A stretch of DNA of 64,000 nucleotides from an uncultured delta proteobacterium (GTDB lineage: Bacteria > Desulfobacterota > Binatia > JACPRU01), in NCBI GenBank assembly GCA_963745025.1, contig CAVUWD010000011.1, positions 416,001 through 480,000 of the forward strand. Direction: 5' to 3'. Shown here in pieces: positions 28,974-38,647 of this stretch. The notes under the pieces are model-generated. The model was not told where the DNA came from. It searched no databases and was given only the letters and a program-made list of their open reading frames with translations. The translations under genes and the position numbers were made by a program. Numbering within the stretch: position 1 is the first letter of the stretch; every line of letters starts with the position of its first letter.

Positions 28974-31013
28974 TCACGCGTTGCCCCGGCCGTAGAGCCG
29001 CAGGACGAAGCCCCCCCGCTTGCGGAGCTCGTCTGGCGTTCCCGCTGCCGAGAGCGCCTCGACGATCTCGCCGATCGACATGTACGCCTTGACCGCCTCG
29101 CGAGTCGGACCGACGATGTTGTCGCGGGCGCGATAGGCGTCGACCAGCCGCCGCCGGGCCGCCTCGACGGCACGGGGGTCGCGCTCGCGCTTCACTCTTT
29201 CCAGACGCGCGATTTGCTTCGAGCGCCAGGCGGGGTCGGGCTTGAGGGCTTCGGCGCGTTCGGCCCGGCCGAGTTCCTCGTCCCCCTCGGTGACGAAGGC
29301 ATTCACGCCGATCACGGTCCGGCGGCCGCTGTCGATCTCGAGCTGACGGCAGTAGGCCGCTCGGTGCGTTTCGTCCGACATCCATCGCCACGACTGCTCG
29401 CCTTCCATCGACTCGAGATGGGCAAGGATCGCTTGCGCCCGGCGCTCGAGCTCGTTGGTCAATGCCTCGATGCAGTAGGAGCCCCCGAAAGGATCGACGA
29501 CGCGCGTGATGCCGCACTCAAGGGCGATCACCTGCTGGGTCCGGATCGCGAGGGTCTGGCTGAAGGGCGTGGGGATCGCGAGCGCCTCGTCGAAGGCGTT
29601 GACGGAAAGCGACTGCGCGCCTCCCGCCACGGCGGCCAACGCGTGGAGGGTCGCCCGAACCAGGTTGACGAGCGGCTGTTGCTCGGTGAGACTCACCCCG
29701 GAAGTCTGCACGTGGAAGCGGAGCCAGCACGATCGGTCGTCTTTCGCACCAAACCGCTCGCGCAGCATCCGGGCCCACGTCCGCCGCATGGCGCGGAACT
29801 TCGCGAGTTCCTCTAGGAAGTCGCTCTCGGCGTTCAGGAAGAACGAGAGGCGCGGCGCGAAGGCGTCGATCGCGACGCCGCGCGAAAGCGCCGCCTGGAT
29901 CGTGTACACGCCTTGAAAGAGGCCGAACGCGATCTCCTGCGCCGCCGAGATGCCCGACTCGCGCGTGTTCCTGACCGAGATGCTCGTGTGGTTCCAGCGC
30001 GGCAGCTCGCGGGCGCAAAATTCGATGATGTCGACGTAGTGATTGCCGCGGAGATCGGGAGGGTCGCCCCACGGAAGCACGTAGTTCTGGATCGTGCCGG
30101 AGAGGCGCTCAAGAGGAATCCCCCGTTCCTCGGCCAACGCGACGATCATGCAGAGGACTGGAATCGAGTTGCCGGTCTGGTTGATGCTGATCTTCTCCAG
30201 ATCGATGCCGTCGAAGACCGTTTCGATGTCGGCAAGGGTGTCGATCCAGACCCCGCCGACGCCGATCAGCCCCTCCGACCGCGGATCCGACGACTCGAAG
30301 GGCGCGTATCCCATTCCGGTCAGGCTGACGCCGGTCTGGCCCTGCTCGATCAGGTAGCGTAGGCGCTCGTTCGTCTCCTCCGCGGTGCCGACCCCCATCA
30401 CTTGGCGGACCGTCCACTTTCGCGTGCGGTAGCCGAGTTCCGAGACGCCGCGCGTGAACGGGTAGTGCCCCGGAAGGCCGAGATCACGATCGGGATCGAA
30501 GCCTGCGAGATCGTGCTGCGTGTAGACGGGCTGCAGTTGAATTCCCGACGTGGTCGTCGGTTCTTCCGTTACGGCGCGTCCGCGGTCAGCCTGTCCGCCA
30601 TTCTCGGCGGCCTGCCCGATTCCGAGATCCTTGCGCAGAAAGTCCGTGATCTCGGAGAGCTTCGAGCCCGGCCCGAAGACCGCCCGGACGCCGCGCTCAA
30701 CGAGCCTCTCTCGGATCTCTCTCCGGACGATGCCCCCCATGACCACAGGCACGTCGCCGAGGCCTCGCCTCGACAGCTCACCGAGCAGGCTCTCACCGAG
30801 GACCGCGGCATCCCGATCCATTACCCGGTAGCCGATGGCATCGACGCCCTCCTGCAACGCCGCCTCCGCCACATGAGCGGGCTCGGCATAGCCGATCGAA
30901 ACCACCTCGAAGCCGCCGTCCCGGAGACCGGCGAGTACCGCTTGATAGCCCGCGGTGTGGCCGGAGGTATCGCTGGCGAAGAGCACCTTGCGCGGCATGA
31001 GCGCAGCCTCCAT
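28974..31013 (-). CDS. B12-dependent acyl-CoA mutase family protein with fused N-terminal cobalamin-binding domain
   Basis: N-terminus LRDGGFEV, ALQEGVD, VMGG, VFGPG; barrel PGHYPFTRG, GTIQN, FAPRLSFF, LRFHVQT, DEAL, DPFGGSY; TGATG coupling to the thiolase. Confidence 0.9.
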   Translation of the reverse strand: MEAALMPRKVLFASDTSGHTAGYQAVLAGLRDGGFEVVSIGYAEPAHVAEAALQEGVDAIGYRVMDRDAAVLGESLLGELSRRGLGDVPVVMGGIVRREIRERLVERGVRAVFGPGSKLSEITDFLRKDLGIGQAAENGGQADRGRAVTEEPTTTSGIQLQPVYTQHDLAGFDPDRDLGLPGHYPFTRGVSELGYRTRKWTVRQVMGVGTAEETNERLRYLIEQGQTGVSLTGMGYAPFESSDPRSEGLIGVGGVWIDTLADIETVFDGIDLEKISINQTGNSIPVLCMIVALAEERGIPLERLSGTIQNYVLPWGDPPDLRGNHYVDIIEFCARELPRWNHTSISVRNTRESGISAAQEIAFGLFQGVYTIQAALSRGVAIDAFAPRLSFFLNAESDFLEELAKFRAMRRTWARMLRERFGAKDDRSCWLRFHVQTSGVSLTEQQPLVNLVRATLHALAAVAGGAQSLSVNAFDEALAIPTPFSQTLAIRTQQVIALECGITRVVDPFGGSYCIEALTNELERRAQAILAHLESMEGEQSWRWMSDETHRAAYCRQLEIDSGRRTVIGVNAFVTEGDEELGRAERAEALKPDPAWRSKQIARLERVKRERDPRAVEAARRRLVDAYRARDNIVGPTREAVKAYMSIGEIVEALSAAGTPDELRKRGGFVLRLYGRGNA

Positions 31014-32197
31014 CACACTCGCTCCAGGAGAGTTCCCGTACCAAGCCCGCCACCGCAGCACATGGTCACCAAGGCCCTTCGCCCACCCGACCGCAAGAGC
31101 TCCTGCACCGCCTTCGTCGTGAGCACGCAACCGGTTGCTCCGAGCGGATGACCGAGGGCGATCGCGCCGCCATTCGGATTCACCCGCGCGAGATCGGCAT
31201 CGACAACGCGCGCCCAGGATAGGACCACCGAGGCGAATGCTTCGTTGATCTCGAACACGTCGACGTCGCGAATTCCGAGGCGGTTGCGCTCGAGGAGCTT
31301 TCGAGTCGCCGGGATCGGTCCCTCCAACATGAGCACCGGGTCGCAGCCCACGAGGCAGGTGTCGACCACCCGCGCGATCGGCCGGCAACCGAGCTGCGTT
31401 GCCTTCTCCCCGGTCATCAGCAGCACCGCGGCGGCTCCGTCCGCGATCTGCGACGAGGACCCCGCCGTGTGAATGCCGTCCTCGCGCGCCACGGGCTTCA
31501 AGGCCGCCAGCGCCTCGAGGCTCGTCTCGCGGGGCACCTCGTCGCGAGCGACGATCCTCGTCTCTCCGGTCCGCTCTCCGTTCGCGTCGGTGACCGGCAA
31601 TACGACGGGAATGATCTGTTTCTCGAAGCGCTTCTCGGCGACCGCGCGCGCGGCCCGGAGCTGCGACTCGAGGCCGAGTCGGTCGGTGTCTTCGCGCCGG
31701 ATGCCGTACTTGACGGCCATCCGCTCGGCGCCTTCGAACTGGCTGGTGAACTCGAATCGCTCCCAATATCTGCGGTCGATCGGCTTGCCGAATCCCGCCT
31801 TCGCGCCCGCGATCGCATCGCCGCCGATCGACACCAGGCTCATGTTCTCGACGCCGCAGGCGAGCACGACGTCCTCGGCGCCCGAGGCGAGCAGGCTGGC
31901 TGCCAGATTCACTGCGTGCTGGCTCGACCCGCATTGGGAATCCACGGTCGAGCAAGCGACCTCTACGGGGCCGCCGGCCGAGAGCCACGCGGTGCGGGTG
32001 ACGTTCATCGCCTGGGCGCCCACTTTACCGATGCAACCGCCGATGACCTGGCCGACCGCACCAGGCTCGACGCCAGCCCGCCGCAGCACCTCCATGATCA
32101 CCTGACCGAGCAAGTCCGTGGGATGAGCCTTCGCAAGCGAGCCGTTTTTCTTGCCGATCGGCGAACGACCCGCTTCGACGATAACAACGTCAGTCAT
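31013..32197 (-). CDS. Acetyl-CoA C-acyltransferase (thiolase, FadA5-like)
   Basis: RSPIG, VDSQCGSSQ (Cys), NEAFAS, GHPLGATG, MCCGGG. Confidence 0.93.
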   Translation of the reverse strand: MTDVVIVEAGRSPIGKKNGSLAKAHPTDLLGQVIMEVLRRAGVEPGAVGQVIGGCIGKVGAQAMNVTRTAWLSAGGPVEVACSTVDSQCGSSQHAVNLAASLLASGAEDVVLACGVENMSLVSIGGDAIAGAKAGFGKPIDRRYWERFEFTSQFEGAERMAVKYGIRREDTDRLGLESQLRAARAVAEKRFEKQIIPVVLPVTDANGERTGETRIVARDEVPRETSLEALAALKPVAREDGIHTAGSSSQIADGAAAVLLMTGEKATQLGCRPIARVVDTCLVGCDPVLMLEGPIPATRKLLERNRLGIRDVDVFEINEAFASVVLSWARVVDADLARVNPNGGAIALGHPLGATGCVLTTKAVQELLRSGGRRALVTMCCGGGLGTGTLLERV

Positions 32198-32583
32198 GAA
32201 TCCTCCTGACCGCGATGTACAAGAACGCCGCCGCTTTATCCATTCTCGGCGCCAGGTGATCTATCGTGTCGGCGTGAAGGCAGGCCAAAGCTCGCCTTCG
32301 CGATCGCGTCGTCTGGAAGACTGCCGCACGGAAAGACCGCGGGAGATGGACTTAGCAAGCACTAGCGCCAGATCTCAAGAACGGGCCTGCCCCAATGCCG
32401 TTTAGATAACACGGCGTCCTCGTCGGCGCGATACTCGTCGATGCCCGATCTCGAGTTCCCAGCGTTCGTGGTATCCCGAGCTCCGCCACCGCCCGCGCAG
32501 CGAGGAGCTCCGCCAGGCGCAAGCACTCGCGGAAGCAGCGGGCCTCTGGCGATTCGATTCGCGCCGGCGGTAGAACGTGCCGC

Positions 32584-33741
32584 ATGCAGATCGAACCCTT
32601 CCGAATCGCCGTTCCGGACACCGTTCTCCTCGACCTTCGCGAGCGCTTGTCGCGCACGCGCTTTCCCGACGAGATCCCGGGTTCGGGCTGGACGTATGGA
32701 ACGAACCTCGCCTACTTGCGGGAGCTCGTCGCGTATTGGCGGGAGCGCTACGACTGGCGAGCGGCCGAAGCGGCACTGAACCGCTTTTCGCAGTTCCGGG
32801 CCCCCGTCGGCGGCCTCGGCATTCACTTCATCCACGAGCGCGGCGTCGGCCCGAAGCCGCTGCCGCTGCTGATCACGCATGGCTGGCCTGGATCGGTCGC
32901 CGAGTTCGTCGAGATCATCGGCCCGCTTGCCGACCCCGCCCGTCACGGCGGCGATCCGGCGGACGCCTTCGACGTGATCGCGCCATCGATGCCGGGCTAC
33001 GGCTTTTCCGATCATCCCACGGAAGGCGGGATGACGCCCGAGCGCATCGCCGGGCTCTGGGTCGAACTGATGCGCGGGCTCGGCTACGAGCGCTTCGCCG
33101 CACAGGGCGGCGATTGGGGCGCGATGGTCACGACGTATCTCGGCGCGCGCCACGCGGCACATCTCGTCGGCATCCATTTGAGCATGGTGATCGCGTTTCC
33201 GGAGAATGCCGCGAACCCCTCACTCGACGGCGTGAGCGAAGAAGAGCTCGCCGATCTCATGCGCGCGCGCGCGTTCATGAAAGAGGAAACCGGCTACCAG
33301 CGCATCCAGGGGACGAAGCCGCAGACGCTCGCCTACGCCCTCAACGACTCGCCCGCCGGCCTCGCCGCGTGGATCGTCGAAAAGTTCCGCACCTGGAGCG
33401 ATTGCGGCGGCGACGTCGAGCGGCGCTTTACGAAGGATCAGCTGCTCACCAACATCATGCTCTACTGGGTTCCGCAGACGGCGAACTCCTCGTGCCGCCT
33501 CTACTACGAGGCGATGCACGCCGGCCAGTTCGCTCCGCGCGATCTGCGCGTAGACGTCCCGACCGGCTGTGCGATCTTTCCCGGGGAGCTCGCGAGGCCG
33601 CCGCGGCGCTGGGCGGAGCGCGCGTTCAACGTCCAGCGCTGGACGCGCATGCCCTCGGGCGGCCATTTCGCGGCGATGGAAGAGCCCCGCGCGCTCGTCG
33701 AGGACATCCGCGCGTTCTTCCGACCGCTGCGCGGACGTTGA
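32584..33741 (+). CDS. Epoxide hydrolase (microsomal-type, EHN domain)
   Basis: YDWR, HGWPGS, PSMPGYGFS, QGGDWG, DSPAG, GGHFAAME. Confidence 0.95.
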   Translation: MQIEPFRIAVPDTVLLDLRERLSRTRFPDEIPGSGWTYGTNLAYLRELVAYWRERYDWRAAEAALNRFSQFRAPVGGLGIHFIHERGVGPKPLPLLITHGWPGSVAEFVEIIGPLADPARHGGDPADAFDVIAPSMPGYGFSDHPTEGGMTPERIAGLWVELMRGLGYERFAAQGGDWGAMVTTYLGARHAAHLVGIHLSMVIAFPENAANPSLDGVSEEELADLMRARAFMKEETGYQRIQGTKPQTLAYALNDSPAGLAAWIVEKFRTWSDCGGDVERRFTKDQLLTNIMLYWVPQTANSSCRLYYEAMHAGQFAPRDLRVDVPTGCAIFPGELARPPRRWAERAFNVQRWTRMPSGGHFAAMEEPRALVEDIRAFFRPLRGR

Positions 33742-33954
33742 GCCCGCGCTTCCGACCTCGCAGGGCCGCTCCTCGGAAGCGATGTCCCTCTCCCGAAGAG
33801 CGATTCGTGTGTGCGAAGTCCCGCTCATTCTTCGCAACTACGCCGAAACCCTTCGGCACCTTGGCCAGACAGCCCACGCTGCCGAGCTGGAGACTCGAGC
33901 GGACACGTGGATCCACTCGAGTCGCTGACCCGGAACCGGCACCATCTGGGCAAA

Positions 33955-34535
33955 AAAAACAGGATCTGATCGATCACGGGCGGGTCGGTGATCACCGACA
34001 CGATGGTCATCTCGATCCGGCATTTGGGGCACAGCAGCGGGTCCACCTCGAGGATGCGCCGCAAGAGCCTTGCCCATGAGGCGCGGCTGCGTTTTCGCTC
34101 GGGAGAGAGGGTCTGTGGCGGATCCTACCCGGGGCGCTTGTCCCGGGGCGGGCGGCAGCCACCGAATCTTCCTGCGCCCCGGGTGCGCGAGGCGTAGGCG
34201 CCGTAATAGCGTACGACGTGTTGGCGGCGGTCGGGGATCTGGGTGGTGATGGTGTGGATCCACTCCAGGGGATCGAGAACGAGCTCGGTCGCGCCGCTTC
34301 TCGGATCGGGCGGCGTGGTGATCCGGACACGGCCTTGGTTGCCGATCTCGATTGTGTCGATGCGGATCGGGGCCCGCGTGATGCAACGTACGAGCCTCTC
34401 CAGCGAACGGTGGTCTTCGGCTTCGACGGGCTCGTCTCGGTGCACCGAGAACCCCGACCTCTGCCAGGACAGGAGACTGTTGCGGAACTCCTCCGAGAGA
34501 CGCTTCGCTCGGTGTAGCCGCCCGAGAACGAGGTG
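33955..34535 (-). pseudogene. IS91-family (Y2) transposase C-terminal remnant
   Basis: SGFSVH, LVRCITRAP, DPLEWI, HVVRYYG, SWARLLRRILEVDPLLCPKC; in-frame TAG at 34125-34127; N-terminus missing. Confidence 0.85.
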
Positions 34536-34610
34536 GCCAAGGCCGGCTTTTGGATCGTCGAATCAACGGGGACTTCACGAGCTCTACGCAAACGGCGTAA
34601 GAGTGCGTCG

Positions 34611-35105
34611 GTGCCTGCGCCCGGTCGAAACTGCCCGTGCCCTTGCGGCTCGGGCGTCAAGTACAAGAGGTGCTGCCTGCCCAGGGATGAAGCGGCGAGG
34701 CCCAAGACCGCGCCACCACCACCACCACCCAGCCGCATCATCCACCATCGAGGGCGCCCGCTGATGGTCTCCGGCGGCGATCTCCATCCTGGCCTGCTCG
34801 ATCATGCCGTCGACTACTTCGAAAAGAAGAATCGTGGCGAGGGTCCGGCTGCGCAGATGGCGCGGTTCGTCGAGCCCCTGCTCGAAGCGGCCGGCGGCGA
34901 TCCGGCGGGCATGGAGCGCGCCTTCAGCCTCGGCATGGTGTTCTGGAACCTCGCGCTCTGCGAGGGCGATCAGCGGGAGACGATGCTCGCCGATCTCGCA
35001 CGGACACTCGCCAAGAACGAGGATGACGCGGTCGAGTTCCGGTCCCTCGCCCTCAGCATGGTCGAGCGCCACCGGATGATGTTCCCTGGGCTGCACAGGA
35101 AGTAG
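34611..35105 (+). CDS. SEC-C motif protein
   Basis: PGRNCPCPCGSGVKYKRCC at the N-terminus; start uncertain (34533 or 34611). Confidence 0.75.
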   Translation: MPAPGRNCPCPCGSGVKYKRCCLPRDEAARPKTAPPPPPPSRIIHHRGRPLMVSGGDLHPGLLDHAVDYFEKKNRGEGPAAQMARFVEPLLEAAGGDPAGMERAFSLGMVFWNLALCEGDQRETMLADLARTLAKNEDDAVEFRSLALSMVERHRMMFPGLHRK

Positions 35106-35131
35106 GGATAGGGAGTAGGGATAGGGAGTAG
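35102..35131. repeat. Purine-rich tandem repeat (GTAGGGATAGGGA)
   Basis: GTAGGGATAGGGA GTAGGGATAGGGA GTAG between two CDS. Confidence 0.7.
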
Positions 35132-35140
35132 GGGGGAGCA

Positions 35141-36001
35141 GTGTCCGAGAGGCGGGCAAGCGACGACGTCCGCACGAGCGAAACTCGCGCCATCGTCCGG
35201 CGGCTCATCGATGTCGGGGAGGGTCTGCCTGACAGTGTCCGCCGCGACATCGTCGATCTGAGCGACGCTGCCGTGTCGCCGCTCCTGGAGATCCTCGAGG
35301 ACGCGAGTCTCGCCCTGGGGAACGCTCCAGGCGCCGGCTGGGCACCCGTCCACGCGGCTCGACTGCTCGGCGAGCTGCGTGCGGCTCGGGCGGTCGAGCC
35401 CATGCTGGGTGTCCTCGCCCGGACCGACCCACTCGATCTGCTTCACGATCAGCTCCTCAACTCGCTACCCGCGATCGGCGCGTCCGTGGTCGAGCCGGCG
35501 CTGCGCGCCTACGCCGCGAACGACGACCACGACTTCCGGGTGAGCGTCGCCTCGGTCCTGGCGCGAACCGGCGTCCGCGACGACCGCGTTTTCACCGTGC
35601 TCCTCGACACCCTCGAGACGAAGCCCTCGCACGGTGCCGGTGACCTGGCCGAGTACGGAGACGAACGGGCTGTCCCGCACCTCTCCAGCGCCTTCGACGA
35701 CCACGGGATCGTCGAGAGCGACAGCCCGCTCGCAAACCAGGATCTCGTCGAGCTACGGGCGGCGATCGAGGAGCTGGGCGGCAGCCTGACGCCCGCGCAG
35801 GACGAGAAGTACGCCCGGGCGCTCGAACCAGCCGAGCGCTGGCGACGGCAGATGCAGGCAGCACTCGAGTCGCGCGAAGCGGCCCGGCGGCGAACGCAGC
35901 CCGGCCGCAACGACCCGTGCTGGTGCGGCAGCACGAAGAAGTACAAGAAGTGCCACCTCGTCGCCGACCAGAATCACGCGTCGACCGACCGAGCCCGCTG
36001 A
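35141..36001 (+). CDS. HEAT-repeat protein with C-terminal SEC-C motif
   Basis: HAARLLGELRAARAVEPM and LAEYGDERAVPHL HEAT-like units; PGRNDPCWCGSTKKYKKCH. Confidence 0.85.
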   Translation: MSERRASDDVRTSETRAIVRRLIDVGEGLPDSVRRDIVDLSDAAVSPLLEILEDASLALGNAPGAGWAPVHAARLLGELRAARAVEPMLGVLARTDPLDLLHDQLLNSLPAIGASVVEPALRAYAANDDHDFRVSVASVLARTGVRDDRVFTVLLDTLETKPSHGAGDLAEYGDERAVPHLSSAFDDHGIVESDSPLANQDLVELRAAIEELGGSLTPAQDEKYARALEPAERWRRQMQAALESREAARRRTQPGRNDPCWCGSTKKYKKCHLVADQNHASTDRAR

Positions 36002-36167
36002 TGATGTCTGCCCCCGCCGTCGGGCCGATCGCCCGGAAGATCCTCACGTCGATCCACACGCTCGAGACCAAACGGTCGCCAACCTCGCCGCCCGGCGCCA
36101 AGGTCAGCACGAGACGGAACGCATCTTCCGCGAGACCCTCGACGACAACACCCACGTCGAGATCAGG

Positions 36168-36608
36168 ATGAAGGACGACCCGGACGTCCTGGAGTCCTGC
36201 GCCTGGGGCTTGATCTACGCGATCGGCGTCCTCCCGTTCGCCGACGTGCGCCCACGCGGCAGCTCCGAGATCGACTTCCAGGACAAGGACGAGTGGACCG
36301 TGGCCGACATGCTGCGTCACTTGACCTTCGTGCGCGGCAGGCTCCACTTCCACGCTGACTACGTGCGCGGCCGGATGCTGAAGACGACCGTCGAGATCGA
36401 CAAGGACGGCAAGATCCTCCTGGAGACGATCAACCGGGGCGAGACAGCGGACCCGTTGGGTCGCAGAAGCTCCTGGCCCTGGTCGGCAACGGACCGCCCG
36501 AGCAGGGGTCACCCTGACGCAGCTCGGCACTCGCCTCCTTGGCCAGTCAGCGGCAGCGTACTTCTCCGCGGGGGGAGAGCAGCACGGTGTATCTCGATGA
36601 TGCAATGA
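36168..36608 (+). CDS. Hypothetical protein, possibly degraded at both ends
   Basis: Coding-like core (FADVRPRGSS, HFHADYVRGRMLKT); frame is open upstream of the ATG, and the tail after about 36450 looks non-coding. Confidence 0.55.
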   Translation: MKDDPDVLESCAWGLIYAIGVLPFADVRPRGSSEIDFQDKDEWTVADMLRHLTFVRGRLHFHADYVRGRMLKTTVEIDKDGKILLETINRGETADPLGRRSSWPWSATDRPSRGHPDAARHSPPWPVSGSVLLRGGRAARCISMMQ

Positions 36609-36642
36609 GCCAGCCCGAGCAGTCCTCCTGCCGTCGTCACGG

Positions 36643-37203
36643 ATGCACGCCGTCATGAAGGCTCCGTTCACCGCACGTCAGGGAGAGTTTCTGGCTTTCA
36701 TCTATCGCTTTACCGTCCACTACGGCACTGCACCCTCTTTCGAGCAGATCGCGGACCACTTCGGCGTCAGCTCCCCGAGCGTCAATGGGATGATCAAGAC
36801 GCTCGAGCGTCGCGGGCTGCTGAGCCGCGTTCCCGGTGTGGCGCGATCCCTGCGCGTGCTTGTGCCCACATCTTTGCTACCGGGGAGCGAATTCGGATCG
36901 GGCTCGCGAGCCCGCCGCAGCATGGGCTCACGCCGGCACGACACGGCGGCGGTGCCTCCGGTAGACATGGCCGTGACAGCCGCTATTGCGGTGCTGGAAG
37001 TGTTGCTGCCCGATCTCCAAGCCGCAGACAAAGCTGCAGCGGTGCGGCAAGCGGCGAATGCCGTTCACTCGTCGCTGGCCAAGATGGGGCTCGGCGACCA
37101 TGAGGCGCTCGTGGTAGCTCGGCGCGTGGCGGCAGAAGTGTCCCGATGGCATCTTGATGGACGGGGTACGTTCGTCCATCGGCGTCGATGGACGAAGCGC
37201 TGA
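36643..37203 (+). CDS. LexA-N/MarR-like winged-HTH DNA-binding protein
   Basis: FTARQGEFLAFI, PSFEQIADHFGVSSPSV, LERRGLL, ARSLRV; no S24 peptidase domain. Confidence 0.8.
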   Translation: MHAVMKAPFTARQGEFLAFIYRFTVHYGTAPSFEQIADHFGVSSPSVNGMIKTLERRGLLSRVPGVARSLRVLVPTSLLPGSEFGSGSRARRSMGSRRHDTAAVPPVDMAVTAAIAVLEVLLPDLQAADKAAAVRQAANAVHSSLAKMGLGDHEALVVARRVAAEVSRWHLDGRGTFVHRRRWTKR

Positions 37204-37204
37204 T

Positions 37205-37849
37205 CCCCGCTCGACCCACGCGAGGGCTTCGTGACGCTTGCGGCGAGACTCGAGAAGGCGGGCGATGGTCAGGCAGTCCTCCGGCGTGAGCCCCGTGCGC
37301 TCGCAGATTTCTAGGTAGGCGACGATGTCGCGCCGCGCGGCGAGGATCGCTCTCAGACTTCACCCCAGCGACGGCGGAGGTAGTCCCGGCCTTCCGCCGC
37401 CTCGAACCGGCGTCTCACTTCCTGCTCGAACGCCGAAAGCCCCTTGCGTCCGAACGCTCTGGCCGCGTCCGCTTCGGGCCGGTGGCAGAATCCGTATGGG
37501 TCCTCCTCCATCTGCGCGGCGAGCTTCCTCGCCGTGTCGGCGGGGTTGGCCCCCGCGGCTCGCCGCACAGCGATCCGGCGGCAGAAGAGGCTCGCCACGA
37601 ACGAGCCGAAGGCCCTGCCTGAGTCGTCCACCTCCTCGGCCTTCTCGTGGCATCCAGCGATGAAAGTCTCGTAACCCGGCCGGCGCGCTCCGCCTCGCCT
37701 CGTCGGACGAGTTTCCAGATGTCCTCGTCGAGCGCCTCCAGGTCCTCGACGAACGAAGCGACGGCTCGCCGGAACACGAATCGACCCGGCTCGAGCGCGT
37801 CCGTGATCGCGGCCTCCAGAGGGTCCGCCGACCGCTTCCCCGAGCTCAT
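37205..37849 (-). pseudogene. Degraded helical hypothetical gene (frameshift, stop and truncation)
   Basis: MSSGK...ALEPGRF frame shifts near 37680 into YETFIAGCHEKAEEVDDSG; stop at 37353, then coding-like ...EALAWVERG ending at the neighbouring gene. Confidence 0.65.
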
Positions 37850-37852
37850 CAG

Positions 37853-38146
37853 CTACGCGCTCCGTCGAACGTGGTCCTCGAGCAACCGGTGGATCAGCGT
37901 TTGGTAGCCTACCCCCTCGCGAGTCGCCTCCACGCGAAGCGCGCGCAAGACGTCGGGGTCGACGCGGATCGCGATCAACTCGCGCGCCGAGCGGCCGAAA
38001 GGCGGCCGACCCACCCGCCGGGTCCGCTTCAACTGCTCGTCCGTCAGCTCCGGGACGTCCGAGAAGTCAATCTTCTCGTCTCGCGTATGCCGCCCTCTCT
38101 TTGCGGCTCGCCCGCCGCGCGCTGATGATGCGGATCGCTTCGCCAT
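37853..38146 (-). CDS. brnA: BrnA antitoxin
   Basis: IDFSDVPELTD, GRPP, IAIRVDPDVL, GYQTLIH. Confidence 0.9.
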   Translation of the reverse strand: MAKRSASSARGGRAAKRGRHTRDEKIDFSDVPELTDEQLKRTRRVGRPPFGRSARELIAIRVDPDVLRALRVEATREGVGYQTLIHRLLEDHVRRSA

Positions 38147-38354
38147 CTGAAGACCTCCTGACCATGTAGACAACCGTGAGCACTCGACCCTCGTCCGAAA
38201 GGCCGATGCGCAAGCTTCTCTGCTCCCCGCCTGAGTGCGCCTCGTCGGCGAGGTCCAATCCCTCGGGATCCGAGAAGATCGACGCCGCCTCGAAGAAGGT
38301 GACGCCGTGCTTTTCGAGATTCCGTGTCGCCTTCTCGGGGTCCCAGCGGAACAC
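38067..38354 (-). CDS. brnT: BrnT ribonuclease toxin
   Basis: FRWDPEKATRNLEKHGVTFFEA ... IRIISARRASRKER; GTG start; overlaps brnA. Confidence 0.92.
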   Translation of the reverse strand: MFRWDPEKATRNLEKHGVTFFEAASIFSDPEGLDLADEAHSGGEQRSLRIGLSDEGRVLTVVYMVRRSSDGEAIRIISARRASRKERAAYARRED

Positions 38355-38647
38355 GGTTCTGTATATACCAAAAGGGCCGGGAAGTCTATGATCGGGCAGA
38401 CGCCCGACCTCGGGATAGAGGATCTGCCGAACGTGCCGGCATGAGACGTCCAGGAGTTGTTCGCCTACGTCGCGGACGCTTAGCACCGGCTCCAAAGCGA
38501 GAGACCCGCCGCACGTACCTGTTACGAAACCGAGCGCCGCGTCGCCGCCTCCCGCATCGTCAGGCTCGCCGCCTCGTTGTCGATGTACGCATCCGCCGTC
38601 CTCCGACCCACCGCCTGGGGAGAGGTAAGTGAAAGACCGTACGTACC

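Noticed and set aside
28974-31988. 1004-aa ORF-track version of the mutase; similarly extended starts for 41326, 48763, 40352 and 24621-26753
   Set aside because: The extensions run through upstream genes in another frame; real starts were placed at coupled or RBS-supported codons
32200-32580. Cobalamin riboswitch upstream of the thiolase-mutase operon
   Set aside because: I could not find the B12-box or other conserved core motifs on either strand
38400-38640. Possible transposase HTH fragment (LTMREAA...) upstream of brnT
   Set aside because: Too short and interrupted to support a call
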